Shown: positions 56,054-64,000 of the stretch, piece by piece
Position numbering within the stretch: the first letter of the stretch is position 1
Layout: every line of letters begins with the position of its first letter
DNA from: the human T2T-CHM13v2.0 reference genome, Homo sapiens
Reading direction: 5' to 3' (one strand)
NCBI RefSeq assembly: GCF_009914755.1
Contig: NC_060930.1
DNA: 64,000 nt
Notes under the pieces: model-generated
What the model was told of the DNA's origin: nothing
Database searches by the model: none
The model's input: the letters and a program-made list of their open reading frames with translations, nothing else
Position numbers and translations under genes: made by a program

Positions 56054-57477
56054 TTACAACTGACACCACTGAAATACAAAAGATCATTCAAGGCTACTAT
56101 GAGTACCTTTATACACATAAATAGAAAACCTAGAAAAGATGGATAAATTCCTGGAAAAATACAACCCTCCTAGCTTAAATCAGGAAGAATTAGATACCCT
56201 AAACAGACCAATAACAAGTGGCAAGTTTGAAATAGGAATTAAAAAGTTACCAACAAAAGAAAGTCCAGGACCAGACAGATTGACATCAGAATTCTACCAG
56301 ACATTCAAAGAAGAATTAATACCAATCCTTTTGACACTATTCCACAAGAAAGAGAAAGAAGGAACCCTCCCTAATTTGTCCTATGAAGCCAGCATCACCT
56401 AATACCAAAACCAGGGAAGGACATAACCAAAAAAGAAAACTACAGACCAATATTGCTGATGAACATAGATGCTAAAACCCTTAACAAAATACTAGCTAAC
56501 TGAATCCAACAACATATCGAAAAGATAATCCACCATGATCAAGTGAGTTGCATACCAGGGATGCAGGAATGGTTTAACATACACAAGTCAATAAATGTGA
56601 TACACCACTCAAACAGAATTAAAAACAAAAATCACATGATCATCTCAATAGATGCAGAAAAACCATTCGATAAAATCCAGCATCGCTTTATGATTAAAAC
56701 TTCAGCAAAATCGGAATACAAGGGGCATACTTTAATGTAATAAAAGCCATCTATGACAAACCCACAGCCACCATCATAATGAATGGGAAAAGTTGAAAGC
56801 ATTCTGTCTAAGATCTGGAAGAAGACAAGGATGCCCACTCTCACCAAGCCCCTTCGACATAGTACTGGAAGTCCTAGCCAGAGCAACCAGACAAGAGAAA
56901 GAAATAAAGGGCATCCAAATTGGCAAAGAGGAAGTCAAACTGTCACTGCTGACAATATGATCATTTACCTTGAAAACTCTAAAGACTCCTCTGGAGAGCT
57001 CCTAGAACTGATAAAAGAATTCAGCAAAATTTCTGGATACAGAATTAATGTACACAAATCAATAGCTCTTCTATACATCAACAGCGACCAAGCAGAGAAT
57101 CAAATCAAGAACTCAACAACTTTCACAATAGCTGCAAAAATAAAAAAATAAATAAAATACTTAGGAATATACCTTACCAAGGAGTTGAAAGACCTCTACA
57201 AGGAAAACTACAAAACACTGCTGAAAGAAATCATAGATGACACAAACAGACGGAAACACATCCCATGCTCATGGATGAGCAGAATCAATATTGTGAAAAT
57301 GACCATACTGCTCAAAGCAATCTACAAATTCAACGCAACCCCAATCAAAATACTGCCATCATTCTTCACAGAATTAGAAAAAACAATTCTAAAATTTATG
57401 TGGAACCAAAAAAGAGCCCACACAGCCAAAGCAAGACTAAGCAAAAATAACACATCTGGAGGCATCACACTACCTGA

Positions 57478-57927
<450 letters not shown>

Positions 57928-59531
57928 CTATAAGGCCATAGTTACCAAAACAGCATGGTACTGGAATAAAAATAGGCACATAGACCAATGGAACAGCATA
58001 AAGAACCCAGAAATAAACCTAAATACTTACAGCCAACTGATCTTTGACAAATCAAACAAAAACATAAAGTGAGGAAAGGGCACCCTATTCAACAAATGAT
58101 GCTGGGATAACTGGCTAGCCACATGTAGGAGAATGAAACTGAATCCTCATCTCTCACCTTATACAAAAATCAACTCAAGATGGATTAAGGACTTAAACCT
58201 AAGACCTAAAACTATAAAAACTCTAGAAGATAACGTTGGAAAAACCCTTCTAGACATTGGTTTGGGCAAGGATTTCATGACCGAGAACCCAAAAGCAAAT
58301 GCAATAAAAACAAAGATAAATAGCTGGGACCTAATTAAACTAAAGAGTCTTTGCACGGCAAAAGAAACAGTCAGTATAGTAAACAGACAACCCACAGAGT
58401 GGGAGAAAATCTTCACAATCTATAAATCTGACAAAGGACTAATATCCAGAATCTACAACAAACTCAAGCAAATCGGTAAGAAAAAAACAATCCTACCAAA
58501 AAGTGGGCTAACGACATGAATAGACAATTCCCAAAAGAAGATATACAAATGGCCAACAAACATATGAAAAAAATGCTCAACATCACTAACTTTTCACAAT
58601 TAATAGAACACTCCAAATTATTTGTATTCAGTTTTTATTGAGAAAATCTGAAAAGAATTGACTAGAAATGCGAATCAATCTATGAGTACAGCCAGTGCCA
58701 AAATTTAAAATAATTAAAATGTAAAAGGCAAAAATAGTTTCAGAAAAGAATAAGACTGACATTTTCAGATGTTCTGCCAAAGCAAAGCTGCCTCTTCTGT
58801 CGTGTAGCAGCCTGACAGGCATGATCACCGATGGGCAAATGAGGGGCCGTTGATTCCCTACAAATCCAGCCCCCTACCCACCTCCACACCACCCCCTCTG
58901 CAGTCGGTCAAGGGAACCAAGCCACCACTCCAGAGTCAGGTCACTGGAAAGATGCTTAGGCGTGAAATGTCATAGCTATTCCAGTAATTGAAGCATAAGA
59001 CATATCCTATTTTTCTACTAGATACATTTTTAGGGCACACTCAGAACCAGTTTAAGACCTACATATCATGATTTAATTTAAGCCCTCTCAGAAAACTTTC
59101 TTTTCTCCAAGCTTTTCCCCACTGAACTTTACAATTTTCCTCACATTGGAGGCATGCTCATTTGGCCCTCTACATGCACACCTGTCACAGTTTAAGGTAT
59201 TAAGGTGCAAGTGAATTTGTGGATCTTATGAGACTATGCTAATTGTGTTTTACATATTCATTGCCACTTGGCCTTAAGCAATCTCTTGTGGAAAGAGATC
59301 AGAAATGTCATTTTTTTATTGTTAATTAAGCTTATAAAATTTTCAAAATACAGAAAGGTAGAATAGTATACTGTGTGTCCCCATGTACCCATCACCCAAA
59401 TTTAATGGTTGTCAATGTTTATCAACAGTTATTCAGTTTGTTTAATTTATCACCTTACAAATTGTTCCCCCTCTGAGATATTTTAAGGCAAACGATTTCA
59501 GACTGGATGTGTAAATTTTGATGTAGATTAA

Positions 59532-63255
<3,724 letters not shown>

Positions 63256-63327
63256 TCACTGGCTGTTTTTTGTTTCCAAGTGCCTCATTCTTTTATTTAC
63301 TTTTCACAGTTGCTAGTGTTCTACCCT

Positions 63328-63873
63328 TGTGATGGTTAATATTGAGTGTCAACTTGATTGGATTGAAGGATGCAAAGTATTGCTCCTGGGTGTGTCTGTG
63401 AGGGTGTTGCGGAAGGGGATTAACATTTGAGCCAGTGGACTGGGAGAGGCAGACCCACCCTCAGTCTGGGTGGACAACATCTAATCAGCTGCCAGCACTG
63501 CTAGAATAAAAGCAGGCAGAAGAACATGGACTACTAGACTGGCTGAGTCTTCTGGCCTTCATCTTTCTTCTGTGCTGGATGATTCCTGCCCTCAAACATC
63601 AGACTGCAAGTTCTTCAGCTTTGGACTCTTGGACTTATGCCAGTGGTTTGCCCGGGGCTCTTAGACCTTTGACCACAGACTGAAGGCTGCACTGTTGGCT
63701 TCCCTACTTTTGAGGTTTTGGGAGCTTGGACTGGTTTCCTTGCTCCTCAGCTTGCAGACTTCAAGTGGGACTTCACTTTGTGATCATGTGAGTCAATACT
63801 TTCTAATAAACTACCGTTGATATACACACCTATTCTATTAGCTCTGTCCCTCTAGAGAACCCTGACGAATACA
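63328..63873 (+). mobile_element. MLT2A-like LTR
   Basis: TGTGATGGTTAATATTGAGTGTCAACTTGATTGGATTGAAGG... to ...CCCTGACGAATACA. Confidence 0.88.
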
Positions 63874-64000
63874 GTCCTCATATTCCTCTCCTTTTATTTT
63901 CCCAATCAAAACATTTATGAAATATATGTGCATTGGCAAAAAAAACTAAGGTTACTTCCTAGTCAAAAGTGCTACACACTCCTAGCCAGCATGCTTCGTA

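Overview
Primate (most likely human, recognised as the FAM135A-SDHAF4 locus) genomic DNA, roughly half transposon-derived. It holds: (1) the last two coding exons and AU-rich 3' UTR of FAM135A (+); (2) the whole three-exon SDHAF4 gene (+; CpG-island promoter, 64+153+110 nt CDS = 108 aa), whose 3' UTR contains an inverted Alu pair; (3) a two-LTR MaLR element whose LTRs do not match each other; (4) a 5'-intact, 3'-truncated old L1 inserted in an MST LTR and itself interrupted by a full-length antisense processed pseudogene of spermine synthase (SMS; no frameshift, two nonsense codons, 14-bp TSD); (5) about 45 Alus and many LTR, LINE, MIR and DNA-transposon relics. Most ORFs in the supplied track are Alu or L1 artefacts. 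I see no unambiguous new biological system. The best leads are regulatory or evolutionary: the SMS retrocopy, a phase-compatible FAM135A-SDHAF4 read-through, the inverted-Alu 3' UTR, a triple-GAS ERV1 LTR just past SDHAF4, and several rearrangement scars. Repeat subfamily names come from my recollection of consensus sequences and are tentative; repeat coordinates are approximate.
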